A stretch of 63,543 nt of DNA, the filler included. It is 4 parts of 4 records of this genome, joined end to end, with 100 filler letters (N's around TTAATTAATTAA, not from the genome) between each part and the next. Parts side by side here need not be neighbours in the genome. Positions count along the whole stretch, not along the records: positions 18,995 to 38,914 come from SRR31156797_334; 3 more parts are not named here. One strand, 5' to 3'. Each line of letters begins with the position of its first letter. Position 1 is the first letter of the stretch. The notes below the pieces were generated by a model. The model was given only the letters and a program-made list of their open reading frames with translations. It searched no databases and was not told where the DNA came from. Positions 21,531 through 32,257 of the stretch are shown in pieces. The translations under genes were made by a program, and so were the position numbers.

Positions 21531-22319
21531 TTAGAAACTGAAACCCGCCTCCGCGCAGACTCTGGTGATCCCCTGCTGGTCGAAGAAGTCATTGGTGAAG
21601 CCCTTTCCCGTTTCCTCTCCATAGAGCGAGAGTTCGGGGATAATGGCGACTCCCAGTTTGAAGTCTTCGCTTCTTATGATATCGACACCGGCGCCGACGC
21701 CCACCATAATGCCGCCTAGCATGTCGGAGTCTATGATCTCATTCCCGGACTTCAGAGAGTTCCGGAACTCCCAGAACATCATGAACCCTCCGAAACGGCC
21801 CAAAAGATAGGGGGAGAGATAGGTCATTCCGGCCAGGGGATAGAATCTTCCTTCCATACCGACCCCCAGGGTCAGGACGTCTCCCTTTATCGACTCGGAA
21901 ACGGAATGGGAATCCCTGGTCTCAAGGCTGTTGAATCCGGCGTAAAGATAAACTTCTGCCCTTCGGCCTATCCGGTCTCCCACCAGTATCTCGCCGTCAA
22001 AACCCTCGTCGAAGAAGGGATCGCCTGCAAATTCGTATCCTCCCCGGGCGATTATCATCAAAGAGGACAGGCCGCCTGAACCATCGTCCTGGGTTTGGGG
22101 GCTTTGATCGGCGGGCGGCCTGTCATCGGGCTCTTCCTCAATCTCCCAGGGATCAGGCTCGTCGGGGACCTCCCTCTCATCTTCGTAATCATCCCTGCTT
22201 TTATCCATGGCATCGCTCAGGCTGCCGCGGTTTCGGGGGGACGAGGTCATGCAGGCGCTGAGGGTCAGCACCAAGAAAAGGGGAATGAGCTGTTTTGCGT
22301 ACTTCATAAGATTTAGCAT
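21531..22319 (-). CDS. Hypothetical lipoprotein with possible beta-barrel C-terminus
   Basis: LSA-C lipobox, acidic Pro-rich linker, amphipathic strands ending AGFSF. Confidence 0.65.
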   Translation of the reverse strand: MLNLMKYAKQLIPLFLVLTLSACMTSSPRNRGSLSDAMDKSRDDYEDEREVPDEPDPWEIEEEPDDRPPADQSPQTQDDGSGGLSSLMIIARGGYEFAGDPFFDEGFDGEILVGDRIGRRAEVYLYAGFNSLETRDSHSVSESIKGDVLTLGVGMEGRFYPLAGMTYLSPYLLGRFGGFMMFWEFRNSLKSGNEIIDSDMLGGIMVGVGAGVDIIRSEDFKLGVAIIPELSLYGEETGKGFTNDFFDQQGITRVCAEAGFSF

Positions 22320-22521
22320 AATATATTTTTGCGATATCTCAATGAATAATCTCGGGGCTCTTTGTGTTTTTCAACTGTTCTCATCTGATCTGTTCAGAAA
22401 TAATCCTAATAAGGTATAATATATATTATTCCTATGAAAAGAATTAAAATTGAATGTTGTTGACGGCCCTTCTTTGGGGCGTTACGATTTGAGGAAGAAA
22501 AAATCCGCTTGTGAGGCTGCT

Positions 22522-23706
22522 ATGTTTTTAAAGAAGATGATGGAAAGGAATCCCCGTTTTATCCGGATCGCCCTGGAACTGCACAGGAGCGGCCGACTGC
22601 CCCCCACAAGCTATCTGCTGGACTTCGATACCATAAGGGCCAACAGCCGCATCATTAAGGACACGGCCCGGAGGAACGGCCTCGGACTCTATCCCATGAC
22701 CAAACAGATCGGCCGCAATCCCATCGTCGCCCGGGAGATGGTCGAGGGGACCGACGGGGCCGTGGCCGTGGACATCGACGGGGCCCGGTCTCTCCACGGC
22801 AGTGGCATCCCCGTAGGGCATGCGGGGCATCTTTTACAGATCCCCAACCGGGACATTCCCTTTCTGCTTGGGGAGATCCGCCCCGAGGTGGTGACCGTCT
22901 CTTCCGTGGAGAAAGCGCGTCAGGTCGCGCGGCATGCGAAGGGACTGAAGCGGCATCAGAACCTGATGCTCCGGATCGCCGACGAGGACTGCTTCTTCTA
23001 CCGCCTGCAGGAGGGCGGCTTCGACAGGGACGAGGCCCTGGCCGCCGCCCGGGAGATCGGGGAGATGGACAATGTCGATGTGACGGGGGTGACCACCTTC
23101 CCGACCATGGTCTACGATCCGGAAAGGGGCGATATCGTGGAGACGCCGAACCTGTCGGTTCTGACCGAGACGGCTGACGCGCTCTGTTCCGCGGGATTCG
23201 ATATAAGACAGATCAACTGCCCCGGTTCCACCGCCTCCGCCGTGATGCCCCGTCTCAAGGCCCGGGGAGCCACCCATGTGGAGCCCGGACACGGTTTCGC
23301 GGGCATGACGCCCCTCCACGCCTTTACTGACCAGCCTGAGCTTCCGGCGGTCCTCTGGGTCTCGGAAGTCTCTCATATCTATAGGGGGAGCGTCTATATC
23401 TACGGTTGGGGCTTCAAACCCGATGTAGCCGTTGGCGGAGGCGAGGGCAGCGTCGGTCTGGTGGGGGACGGAAGCGCCCCCCTGGGCGAGAAGACCCTGT
23501 GTGTGGAAGAGTTCTATCAGCCCATGGACTATATCATCCGCGCACGGGGGCCTGAGGATGTGAAGGTCGGGGACACGGTGATCTTCGCCTTCCGGCAGCA
23601 GATCGCCTTCTCCGTCTCCAATGTGGGGGTGGTGAAGGGAAGCCGGGAGGATTCGTGGAGCTTCGCCGGCCTCTTTGACAGGACCGGAAATCCCCTGGAG
23701 CACTGA
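22522..23706 (+). CDS. YhfX-family PLP-dependent enzyme (alanine racemase fold)
   Basis: YPMTKQIGRNP, GHAGHLLQIP, QINCPGST, THVEPGHG..GMTPLH; start MFLKKM. Confidence 0.85.
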   Translation: MFLKKMMERNPRFIRIALELHRSGRLPPTSYLLDFDTIRANSRIIKDTARRNGLGLYPMTKQIGRNPIVAREMVEGTDGAVAVDIDGARSLHGSGIPVGHAGHLLQIPNRDIPFLLGEIRPEVVTVSSVEKARQVARHAKGLKRHQNLMLRIADEDCFFYRLQEGGFDRDEALAAAREIGEMDNVDVTGVTTFPTMVYDPERGDIVETPNLSVLTETADALCSAGFDIRQINCPGSTASAVMPRLKARGATHVEPGHGFAGMTPLHAFTDQPELPAVLWVSEVSHIYRGSVYIYGWGFKPDVAVGGGEGSVGLVGDGSAPLGEKTLCVEEFYQPMDYIIRARGPEDVKVGDTVIFAFRQQIAFSVSNVGVVKGSREDSWSFAGLFDRTGNPLEH

Positions 23707-23779
23707 TTCGCCGGGCTTTAAGATATAGATTTTCAATTAGCTCCTTTCTTGCAGTATAATTATGGGAGTAGGAGACGTC

Positions 23780-26374
23780 ATGTTGAAGATCCTCCTCTTA
23801 TCGCTCAGCCTCCTCTTCGTCCCTCCCTTCCTCTATGCAAGGCCCGAGGAAGAGCCCATGCATGTTCTGTATCTGAATTCCTATGATTCCCGCATGAGCT
23901 GGCACAAGGATATCCTTCAGGGGATTGAGGATATTCTGGAACCGGATCAGAGCAATATGATCCTCCACATTGAGAACATGGACTCCAAGCGCTTTCACTC
24001 GGAGGAGTATTTCCGGGCCTTCTATGAGTTTATGGCCCTGAAGTACAGGGATCACAGCTTCTCCCTGATCTTCTGTTCCGATAACAACGCTTTTGATTAT
24101 ATGCGGCGTTACCATAAGGAACTCTATCCCGGGACTCCCATCGTGTTCTGCGGCGTGAACGATTTCGAGTCCTCCATGCTGGAAGGCCATGAGGAGATAA
24201 CGGGGATAGAGGAGTTATTCTCCGCCCGCAGCACGGTAGAGCTCGCCCTTTCTCTCCATCCTGAGACCGAGGAGATCTATATCATTAACGACTATCTTGT
24301 TACCGGCAGGGCCTGGGCGAAGACCATCGCGTCCGATCTGGACTACCTGAAGGATCGCGTCCGCCTCCGCTACTCCGAGGATCTCTCTATGGGGGAGCTG
24401 AAGGAAGAGATAGCCTCGCTGCCCGGGAATAGCGTCATACTATTGGGCGTCTATTACTCGGACAGAGACGGAGACCTTCTGACATACGAGACCACGGGAA
24501 AGGCCATCGCCGAGGCCGGCCGCGTCCCCCTGTACTGCCTGCTTGAGTTCAATATCGGTGACGGGATAATAGGCGGCCACGTGATCAGCGGCTATTCGCA
24601 GGGACTGAATATGGCCCGGATCGGAAAGCGGATTCTGGAAGGAGCGTCACCCGCCGATATCCCCGTGGCTTCAGAGGAGTATAACAGCCTGATCTTCAAC
24701 TACGGGGAGCTCGTCCGTTTCGCTATTCCCGAGGAGGCCCTGCCCGAGGGAAGCATCATCCTGAACCGTCCCTACTCTCTGTACGAGGACTACTTCCGGG
24801 AGATCTGGGCCTCCATCATCGTCTTTCTTCTCCTGACCCTGACGGTCATCGCCCTTGTGGTGAACATCCTCAGGAAACGGCAGGCCGAGAACTCCCTCAG
24901 GGAGCTGGTGGAGGCCAGCTGGGAGGGCATCGTCATCCATGACCATGGGAAGCTGATCAATTGCAACAGGGTCTTCGTTTCCATGTTCAAGCTGCGGGAG
25001 GAAGACCTTCATGATCCCGGCCTTATAGGCCGCGTCTTCACAGAGGACAGCCTTTCCACGATCATGCGTAAGATTGACGACAGGAGCACAGAGCCCTACG
25101 AAGTGACAGGAGTGAGAAGCGACGGAAGCCGGTTTCCCGTGGAGATCCGTATCCGGCTGATAGATCAGAAGGGCAGGGAACTCCGCCTGGCGGCCCTGCG
25201 GGATCTGACGGAGCAGAGGACGATGGAGGAGCGGCTGCAGCAGTCCCAGAAGCTGCAGGCCATCGGTACCCTGGCCGGCGGCATAGCCCATGACTTCAAT
25301 AACATCCTGAGCGGGGTGCTGGGCTATGCCGATCTGGGGCTGATGAACACGGAAGGGGAATCTACCCAGCACAGCTATTTCGCACAGATCCTGAAGGCGG
25401 GAACGCGGGCCAGGGAGCTGGTCAAACAGATCCTGACCTTCAGCCGCCAGACCGTGAAAGAGCTCAGGTCCGTGGTCCTGGCGGAGCTGATAAACGAGAC
25501 CCTCGCCCTGTTGCGGGCCACCCTGCCCGCGACGATCAAGATCAGCAGCGATCTCGACAGGGAGCTGCGCGTTCCCGGAGATCCCGTACAGCTGCAGCAG
25601 ATCGTGATGAACCTCTGTACCAATGCGGGGCTGGCCCTCGGCGAGGACGGAGGAAACCTTGATCTTGTTCTCGGCAACGTCATGGTTGATGAGATCGCTG
25701 ATCCCAACCTCGGCCTGGAAAAGGGCCGTTATGCCCGTCTCGTGGTCAGCGACAACGGCTGCGGCATGAGCGAGGAGGTCCTTTCCCGCATCTTCGATCC
25801 CTTCTTCACCACCCGGGACCAAGGGAAGGGAACCGGCATGGGGCTCTCAGTGGTGCATGGCATCATCAACCAGATGGCGGGGGCCGTGACCGTCTATTCC
25901 ACTCCCGGGCAGGGGACGACCTTCAATGTCTTTCTGCCCCTTTGCGGAGCCAATGATCCTGATCATAAGCAGTACGCGGAGGACCTTAGCGTTGCAGGAG
26001 GTCACGAGCGGATTCTGTTCGTCGACGACGAACGCATCCAGCGGGATATAGGACGGGAGATCCTCGAATACCTGGGTTATCAGGTAACCGTCTGCGCAAG
26101 CGGGCGCGAGGCTCTGGAGCTGTTTCGTTCCTCCTCTGACGACTTTGATCTGCTGATCAGCGATGTCACCATGCCGGATATGCCCGGAGATGCGCTTGTC
26201 GAGAAGATCTGGTCCGTCAGGCCCGGATTGCCCGCACTGCTTTGCACCGGTTTCAGCGAAAGGCGGTTCCGTGAGAGGCTGGAGAAGCTGGGGCGGCTCC
26301 GTATCGTCATGAAGCCCCTCCTCCTCCAGGAACTGGCCGCGAACGTAAGGGCTGTTTTGGAAGGCAAGGGGTGA
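23780..26374 (+). CDS. Hybrid sensor histidine kinase (periplasmic binding domain, PAS, HisKA, HATPase, REC)
   Basis: GGIAHDFNNIL, DPFFTT..GTGMGL, ILFVDDE..SDVTMP. Confidence 0.93.
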   Translation: MLKILLLSLSLLFVPPFLYARPEEEPMHVLYLNSYDSRMSWHKDILQGIEDILEPDQSNMILHIENMDSKRFHSEEYFRAFYEFMALKYRDHSFSLIFCSDNNAFDYMRRYHKELYPGTPIVFCGVNDFESSMLEGHEEITGIEELFSARSTVELALSLHPETEEIYIINDYLVTGRAWAKTIASDLDYLKDRVRLRYSEDLSMGELKEEIASLPGNSVILLGVYYSDRDGDLLTYETTGKAIAEAGRVPLYCLLEFNIGDGIIGGHVISGYSQGLNMARIGKRILEGASPADIPVASEEYNSLIFNYGELVRFAIPEEALPEGSIILNRPYSLYEDYFREIWASIIVFLLLTLTVIALVVNILRKRQAENSLRELVEASWEGIVIHDHGKLINCNRVFVSMFKLREEDLHDPGLIGRVFTEDSLSTIMRKIDDRSTEPYEVTGVRSDGSRFPVEIRIRLIDQKGRELRLAALRDLTEQRTMEERLQQSQKLQAIGTLAGGIAHDFNNILSGVLGYADLGLMNTEGESTQHSYFAQILKAGTRARELVKQILTFSRQTVKELRSVVLAELINETLALLRATLPATIKISSDLDRELRVPGDPVQLQQIVMNLCTNAGLALGEDGGNLDLVLGNVMVDEIADPNLGLEKGRYARLVVSDNGCGMSEEVLSRIFDPFFTTRDQGKGTGMGLSVVHGIINQMAGAVTVYSTPGQGTTFNVFLPLCGANDPDHKQYAEDLSVAGGHERILFVDDERIQRDIGREILEYLGYQVTVCASGREALELFRSSSDDFDLLISDVTMPDMPGDALVEKIWSVRPGLPALLCTGFSERRFRERLEKLGRLRIVMKPLLLQELAANVRAVLEGKG

Positions 26375-26458
26375 ATCTTTCATTATCTCTCCGCTTCATT
26401 GTATAGTGGGAACAGGCCTCCGCCTGAAGGGTGGGCGTTTTTTTCACAGGATTGATTA

Positions 26459-28024
26459 TTGAAACTGGTTAGACGAATAGTAACGACAACCCTCATCAGC
26501 GCGCTGGTCTTCATCATCATGTTCGGCATAAGCATCGGCATCACAGGAACCATGCTCAGGCTGAAAGAACTCTCGGGCCAGACCCTGAAGGTCCTTTCCG
26601 ACTGGAACGCTCTGGACAGGATCACCAACGATCTGCTCTACTACCGCCTGGATTCGGTCGACCGCCTCTCCTCTCTGGAAGAGGGCTGGCTGGAGGCCAC
26701 CGGGGAGCTGGAGCAGTCCTTTGGAGAGCTGAAGAACAACAGGCTTCTGAACATCCTCCCCCATGAGCTCTCGCGCTCCCTGGAAGAGGCCTGGTATCTC
26801 TGGCTCTTCGCCAATGAGAAGCTGGTAACCGGACAGCGGATTTTCAGTGAGATCCTGCGGGAAAGCAGCGGGGGAGAGATCTCCCTTCTGGAGATCGAAA
26901 AGATCACCTTCTATGAGAAACTCCTTTTCCTGAAAGAGAGCGGCGATACGTATGAGGACCGGTATCTGTATCAGAGCTTTCTCTCCCATATGTATGTTCT
27001 GGATATCACGGGGGAGAGCGTTTCCGTCCTTCTGGAGAAGATCAATGAAGATATACCCGGCGAGATCGAGGAGTACATCCTGGGAATGCTCTCCGCCGTA
27101 GGGCTGCTGCTGGTCCTGGTTATCCTGGTCTCCCTCTACTCGGCCCGGAAGCTCGCCCGGCCCATCATTCAGATGGCCGACGCGGTCCGCGAGATGGGAG
27201 AGGGCGATTACCCCGTCCACTTGGAACCCGCCGCATGGGATTCCCCGGCTCTGTCTCAGCGGGACGACGAACTGGATATCATAAGGGCGGGCTTCAACCG
27301 GATGGCGGTGCGCATCCATGCCCTCTACGACGAATCTCTCCGGAAGGAGAAGGAGAAGCGGCAGGCCGAATTCCGGGCCCTCCAGTATCAGATCAATCCC
27401 CATTTCCTCTACAACACCCTGGGCTCCCTGCGGATGAAGGCGGCCGTCCGGGGCGACGCCGAGATGGCCGGTCACATTCAGTCTCTCAGCCGCTTGCTGC
27501 GGAACACGATAACCAGAAGCGGAAGCTTTATCATGGTCAACGAAGAGATCGATATCATGAAGGACTATCTGGATATCATTCAGATCCGCTACAAAAGCCG
27601 TCTGAAGGTAAGCTTCTCTTTTGCGGAGGCCGTGCAGGATCTGTTCATCCCCTCCCTCCTCTTCCAGCCTCTTCTGGAGAACGCGGTGCTTCACGGGCTG
27701 AATACCAAGCTGAACAGCGAGGGGGAAGAGGCCCTTCTGGAGGTGGAAGGCAGGCTCGTAGAGGGGCATCTGCGCATCTCCGTCTATGACAACGGCAAGG
27801 GGATGGGCAGGGAGGTTATCTCGGGCCTTTTTGCGGAGAGGGCCGTTCCCGAATCCCGGGAGTCCGTTCATATAGGCCTTAAGAATATCCACGACCGTAT
27901 CCAGCTCCTCTTCGGAGAGGATTACGGTATCGCCGTCGATTCCGAGCCCGGCGGGTACTCGAGGGTGACCCTGAGTCTGCCGGTGATCAGAGAGGAAGAG
28001 GATGCTGAAGCTTTTAATCGTTGA
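26459..28024 (+). CDS. YesM/LytS-type sensor histidine kinase with HAMP
   Basis: QINPHFLYNTL, QPLLENAVLHG, DNGKG, HIGLKNIHDRI. Confidence 0.93.
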   Translation: MKLVRRIVTTTLISALVFIIMFGISIGITGTMLRLKELSGQTLKVLSDWNALDRITNDLLYYRLDSVDRLSSLEEGWLEATGELEQSFGELKNNRLLNILPHELSRSLEEAWYLWLFANEKLVTGQRIFSEILRESSGGEISLLEIEKITFYEKLLFLKESGDTYEDRYLYQSFLSHMYVLDITGESVSVLLEKINEDIPGEIEEYILGMLSAVGLLLVLVILVSLYSARKLARPIIQMADAVREMGEGDYPVHLEPAAWDSPALSQRDDELDIIRAGFNRMAVRIHALYDESLRKEKEKRQAEFRALQYQINPHFLYNTLGSLRMKAAVRGDAEMAGHIQSLSRLLRNTITRSGSFIMVNEEIDIMKDYLDIIQIRYKSRLKVSFSFAEAVQDLFIPSLLFQPLLENAVLHGLNTKLNSEGEEALLEVEGRLVEGHLRISVYDNGKGMGREVISGLFAERAVPESRESVHIGLKNIHDRIQLLFGEDYGIAVDSEPGGYSRVTLSLPVIREEEDAEAFNR

Positions 28025-29573
28025 CGACGAGCCCATGTTCCGGGAGGGACTGATCCATACCATAGACTGGGAGGCCCTGGGCGTCCGGATCGTAGGGGAG
28101 GCCTTCAACGGCCTGGAGGCGCTCAAGTTCATCGAACGGGAGGATGTGGATCTGGTCATAACCGATATCCGCATGCCCGAACTGGACGGCATCGGACTGA
28201 TCCGCCGGGTCTGCGAGACGCGCCCCTATATCCGCTTTATCGTCCTCAGCGCCTACGGCGACTTCAGCCAGGTGAAGCAGGCCTTTCAGCTGGGGATCGT
28301 GGATTACATCCTGAAATCGGATATCGACGGGAAGGAGCTGGAGGAGATTATCCGGCGTCAGAAGGAGGAGTTCGGAGAGCGGCGGGAGATCCGTAACGAC
28401 GAGATGAGCTCCTATAATGAGCGGACCAGGCGGATGTTTCTCCAACAGCTTCTCAGGAACTGCGTGGACCGGAGGCTCAGCCTGACGGAGATTCCCGAAC
28501 TGGCCCGGTACCTGGGGAGGGGAGAGAGCGGGGCGCTCTGCTGCGTCGTCGTGCAGATCAACCACACCAATCCCATTATACCCTCCGACCGGGTGCGGCG
28601 GGAGCGCATGCGGGGCCGGGAGCTGGTGGAGAACCATCTCCAGCACTCGGAGGAGTGGATAGGCTACTGGGACTCGGAGTCGCTGATCCTGTTCTTCCGT
28701 TCTCATCGGGCTGTGAACTGGCAGCTCTTCTCGGGACGGGCCGAGCTTCTCCGACGGGATCTCAGCCATGCCTTCCGGAACGCCCACCCCGATCTGGAGA
28801 TCACTGTGGGCATGAGCTCGGTAAAGGCGTCGGGCAATCCCTTCAGGCAGAAGAACGAAGCGGAAAAGGCCTGTCTCTACTCCTATTTCCGCGGGGTGGG
28901 ACGCTGTATCGCCTACCACCACTATCAAAGGAGCCTGGAGGCGGAGAGCCGGGACTGGGAGGGGCTGTTCCGGGAATTCTCCGCCCTCCTGAACCACAGG
29001 GAGATGGATGAACTGAAGGAGGGGATCGACCGCTTTCAGCTGCCGCCCCTGAGGGCTAACGGAGGGCAGAGGCTGGAGATCCAGGATCTGTTCCGGAAGT
29101 ACTACTACCATCTCCGCAGTTTCTGCGATCAGCCCGTACTGGAGAGTCTGGATGACATCTTTCTGGAATTCTCCTCATTGGAGGCGGGGGGAGCGCCGCT
29201 GGAGCGCTATAACGACTGGCTGCGCCGTATGGTGGCGCAGCTGCAGGCGAAGATGCAGATGAGCCACTCCCTGAGCCATCGGGTGACCCGCTATCTGGAG
29301 ACCCGCTATCAGGGGGATGTCTCCCTCAGCGAGGTGGCCGAGCATCTGCAGGTCAATCCCAGCTATCTGAGCAGGGCCTTCTCCAAGGAGGCGGGCAAGG
29401 GCTTCGCCCAGTACCTCCAGGAGCTGAGGATCCACAAAGCCCAGGTGCTGATGGAGGAGTCGAACAGGAAGATCTACGAAATCGCCGAGCTGGTCGGCTT
29501 CCAGAGCCCCGAGGCGTTCAGCAGGGCCTTCAAGAAGGTGACCGGTACCAGTCCCCGGAAATACTTTCATTAA
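28002..29573 (+). CDS. YesN-type response regulator (REC + AraC HTH)
   Basis: LIVDDE..TDIRMPELDG; C-terminal YLSRAF..FSRAFKKVTGTSP. Confidence 0.93.
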   Translation: MLKLLIVDDEPMFREGLIHTIDWEALGVRIVGEAFNGLEALKFIEREDVDLVITDIRMPELDGIGLIRRVCETRPYIRFIVLSAYGDFSQVKQAFQLGIVDYILKSDIDGKELEEIIRRQKEEFGERREIRNDEMSSYNERTRRMFLQQLLRNCVDRRLSLTEIPELARYLGRGESGALCCVVVQINHTNPIIPSDRVRRERMRGRELVENHLQHSEEWIGYWDSESLILFFRSHRAVNWQLFSGRAELLRRDLSHAFRNAHPDLEITVGMSSVKASGNPFRQKNEAEKACLYSYFRGVGRCIAYHHYQRSLEAESRDWEGLFREFSALLNHREMDELKEGIDRFQLPPLRANGGQRLEIQDLFRKYYYHLRSFCDQPVLESLDDIFLEFSSLEAGGAPLERYNDWLRRMVAQLQAKMQMSHSLSHRVTRYLETRYQGDVSLSEVAEHLQVNPSYLSRAFSKEAGKGFAQYLQELRIHKAQVLMEESNRKIYEIAELVGFQSPEAFSRAFKKVTGTSPRKYFH

Positions 29574-29674
29574 TGCCCTTCATGAGTAAAAAACGGACAG
29601 AAAATGTAAAGATGCATCATGGTCTTTTCCCGATTTCACCCTCTACAATGAAACCATCTTAAGGAGCCGCCGAC

Positions 29675-30631
29675 GTGCTGAAGCGCCTGGTATTCACAGT
29701 CTTTTTTCTGATGATCAATCTTTCCGTTCTGGTCTCTCTGGGACAGAGGGGGGACGACGGTTTTCCCGAGTCCGGATTGACGATCATCGTTCCCTACGCC
29801 CGGGGCGGGGGAACGGATACGACTTCCAGGGCTATCGCAAAGGCCCTGGAGAAGATTCTGAGCCAGCCCGTGCGGGTAGAGAACAGGCTGGGCGGTTCGG
29901 GCGCCGTCGGCCTGATAGCGGGCGCGGCCGCCGTTCCCGACGGTTATACCCTGACCATGACCACCAGGGAGATCGTGTCCCTTCCCGCCCTGGGGCTGGC
30001 CCAGATTTCCCGCGAGGACTTCAGCCTTCTGGGACTGGTCAACAAGGAAGCGGCGGTGCTGGTGGTGGCCTCGGAGTCTCCCTGGCACAGCCTGGACGAG
30101 CTGTTCGGGTTCGCCGCTTCCGAATCGGGGAGGCTGAGATTCGCCAGCGCGGCGAAGCCTCACTTCTATATCCTGGAGCTGGAGAACCGCCTGGGGGTCC
30201 AATTCAACAAGATCCCCTATAACGGGGCGGCCAAGGCCATCCCGGCCGTTGCGGGCGGTCAGGCCGACTTCACCCTGGCCAATCCGGGTGAACTGAAGGA
30301 CTGGCTTGATTCGGGAAGGGTGAGGGCCCTTGGCATTATGGATGAGTTCCGCTCGTCCTCGATGCCCGATGTGCCTACCTTCAGGGAGCTGGGGATCGAT
30401 ATCACCTCCTATACCTGGAGGGGACTGGCCGCTCCCGTGGACACGCCTCCCGAGGTCCTGTCCGTACTGGAAGCCGCCGTGGAAAAGGCCTGCAGAGATC
30501 CTGAGTTTATCGCCGAAATGGAGAAGGCTCAGTACTCGCTGCACTATATGAACGCCTATGACTTTGAGGATTTCCTCATCCATGACGGGATGACCATACG
30601 GGAGATCCTGAAGAGAATCTCCGGAGACTGA
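29675..30631 (+). CDS. tctC: Tripartite tricarboxylate transporter substrate-binding protein (TctC/Bug), copy 1
   Basis: IVPYARGGGTD, ENRLGGSG, PDGYTL, WRGLAAP. Confidence 0.9.
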   Translation: MLKRLVFTVFFLMINLSVLVSLGQRGDDGFPESGLTIIVPYARGGGTDTTSRAIAKALEKILSQPVRVENRLGGSGAVGLIAGAAAVPDGYTLTMTTREIVSLPALGLAQISREDFSLLGLVNKEAAVLVVASESPWHSLDELFGFAASESGRLRFASAAKPHFYILELENRLGVQFNKIPYNGAAKAIPAVAGGQADFTLANPGELKDWLDSGRVRALGIMDEFRSSSMPDVPTFRELGIDITSYTWRGLAAPVDTPPEVLSVLEAAVEKACRDPEFIAEMEKAQYSLHYMNAYDFEDFLIHDGMTIREILKRISGD

Positions 30632-30752
30632 CCCTCTTAGAGCGGCCCGGCTCCGGACCGGGGCCTTTAGTATCCGCCATATGATGCCGGATGTTCCCCA
30701 TTGATTTTGTACCAAGGACCTTCGGGTCTTTAGATAAGGAGTAGTTTGTAAA

Positions 30753-31724
30753 ATGAACAAACGTAATTTTATTATTGTATCCGTACTGATGCTGCTGGCG
30801 ACTCTCGGCGTATTTGCCGAGGGTCAGGGTGACAAGGCTTCCTTCCCCACGAAAGAGGTAACGACTATCTGCCCCTGGTCCGCCGGAGGCGGAACAGACA
30901 CTATCCTGAGAAAGCTGGCCAAGGAAACCGAACCCTTCCTGGGACAGACCATCACCGTAACCAACAAGACCGGAGGCGGCGGAGCCGTCGGACACGGAGC
31001 CGGTATCAACGCCAAGGCCGACGGTTATACCGTGACCATGATCACCTTCGAGCTCCTCTCTCTGCCCCCCCAGGGACTGGTGCCCTTCACCTACAGGGAC
31101 TATGACCTTCTGATGAGAGTCAACATGGACCCCGCCGCTATCACGGTTCCCGCTGACGCTCCCTACGACACCCTGGAAGACTTCATCGCCTACGCCAAGG
31201 CCCATCCCGGCGAGATCAACATCGGCCACTCCGGCCCCGGTTCGGTATGGCAGATCGCCGGCGGGATCATGGCTGAGAAGGAAAACCTGGACGTAAAGTT
31301 CGTTCCCTTCGACGGTGCCGCTCCCGCCGTATCCGCCCTGGTCGGCAAGCATATCCAGGCCGTTTCCGTAAGCCCCGCCGAGGTTCAGGGACAGGTCGAG
31401 GCCGGAGCCCTGAAGATGCTGGGCGTAATGAGCGCCGAGAGAATCGCCAACTTCCCCGAGGTCCCCACCCTGAAGGAAAGGGGCATCGATGTGGTATTCG
31501 GTACCTGGAGAGGCCTGGCCGTTCCCAATGGAACGCCCGAGGACGTGAAGACCGTTCTGGCCGACTCCTTCAGGAAGGGTATGGAGACCGCCGAGTTCAA
31601 GGAGTTCGCCGCTAACTCGGGACTGGGACTCGCCTACCTGCCCGCCACCGATTTCGCTGCCGAACTGGCCGTTTCGTCGGTTGACGTTGAGAAGGTTATG
31701 AAGAATCTCGGACTGGCCAAGTAA
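30753..31724 (+). CDS. tctC: TctC/Bug substrate-binding protein, copy 2
   Basis: CPWSAGGGTD, NKTGGGG, ADGYT, WRGLAVP. Confidence 0.92.
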   Translation: MNKRNFIIVSVLMLLATLGVFAEGQGDKASFPTKEVTTICPWSAGGGTDTILRKLAKETEPFLGQTITVTNKTGGGGAVGHGAGINAKADGYTVTMITFELLSLPPQGLVPFTYRDYDLLMRVNMDPAAITVPADAPYDTLEDFIAYAKAHPGEINIGHSGPGSVWQIAGGIMAEKENLDVKFVPFDGAAPAVSALVGKHIQAVSVSPAEVQGQVEAGALKMLGVMSAERIANFPEVPTLKERGIDVVFGTWRGLAVPNGTPEDVKTVLADSFRKGMETAEFKEFAANSGLGLAYLPATDFAAELAVSSVDVEKVMKNLGLAK

Positions 31725-31738
31725 CAAGGCTTTCATTG

Positions 31739-31771
31739 CGGCGGCGCCTTCGGAAGGGGGCGCCGCCGTTT
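31739..31771 (+). other. GC-rich intercistronic hairpin after tctC
   Basis: CGGCGGCGCC..GGCGCCGCCG inverted repeat followed by TTTT. Confidence 0.6.
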
Positions 31772-31786
31772 TCACAGGAGTTTGTT

Positions 31787-32245
31787 TTGAAAAGAGTCAA
31801 CATTATTTTCGGTTTGATCGGCATTGCTCTTTGTGCCTATATCTTCGGGGTCACCGCCAGCTTCCCGGAGGACAATATCATGAAGATCGGACCGGGTTTC
31901 TTCCCCAGAGTGCTGGCAGTGGGGCTCGGTATCTTCTCTCTTGTTCTTATCATTCAGAATCTTCTCGGAAAGAGCCAGGAACAGGTGGAATCGGCTTTCA
32001 GTATCAAGGACCCCGGAATCAGACGCTCCATCGTCGCTCTGACCGCCACCATTCTCTACGGCGTCATCATGGGATATCTCGGTTTCGTTATCACTACCAT
32101 ATTCTATCTCGTGTTTATGATGTTCCTCATGAGGATGAGGAAATGGCTCCTTATGACGGGGGTGGCCTCCGCCGTGACCCTGGTGGTCTACACGGTGTTC
32201 AGTGTGCTGCTCAAAATCGCTCTGCCCGAAGCGTTCTGGGCCTAA
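31787..32245 (+). CDS. tctB: TctB small membrane subunit
   Basis: GPGFFP motif, 4-5 TM helices, LP at C-terminus; AGGAG before TTG start. Confidence 0.88.
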   Translation: MKRVNIIFGLIGIALCAYIFGVTASFPEDNIMKIGPGFFPRVLAVGLGIFSLVLIIQNLLGKSQEQVESAFSIKDPGIRRSIVALTATILYGVIMGYLGFVITTIFYLVFMMFLMRMRKWLLMTGVASAVTLVVYTVFSVLLKIALPEAFWA

Positions 32246-32257
32246 TAAGGAGTTGCT

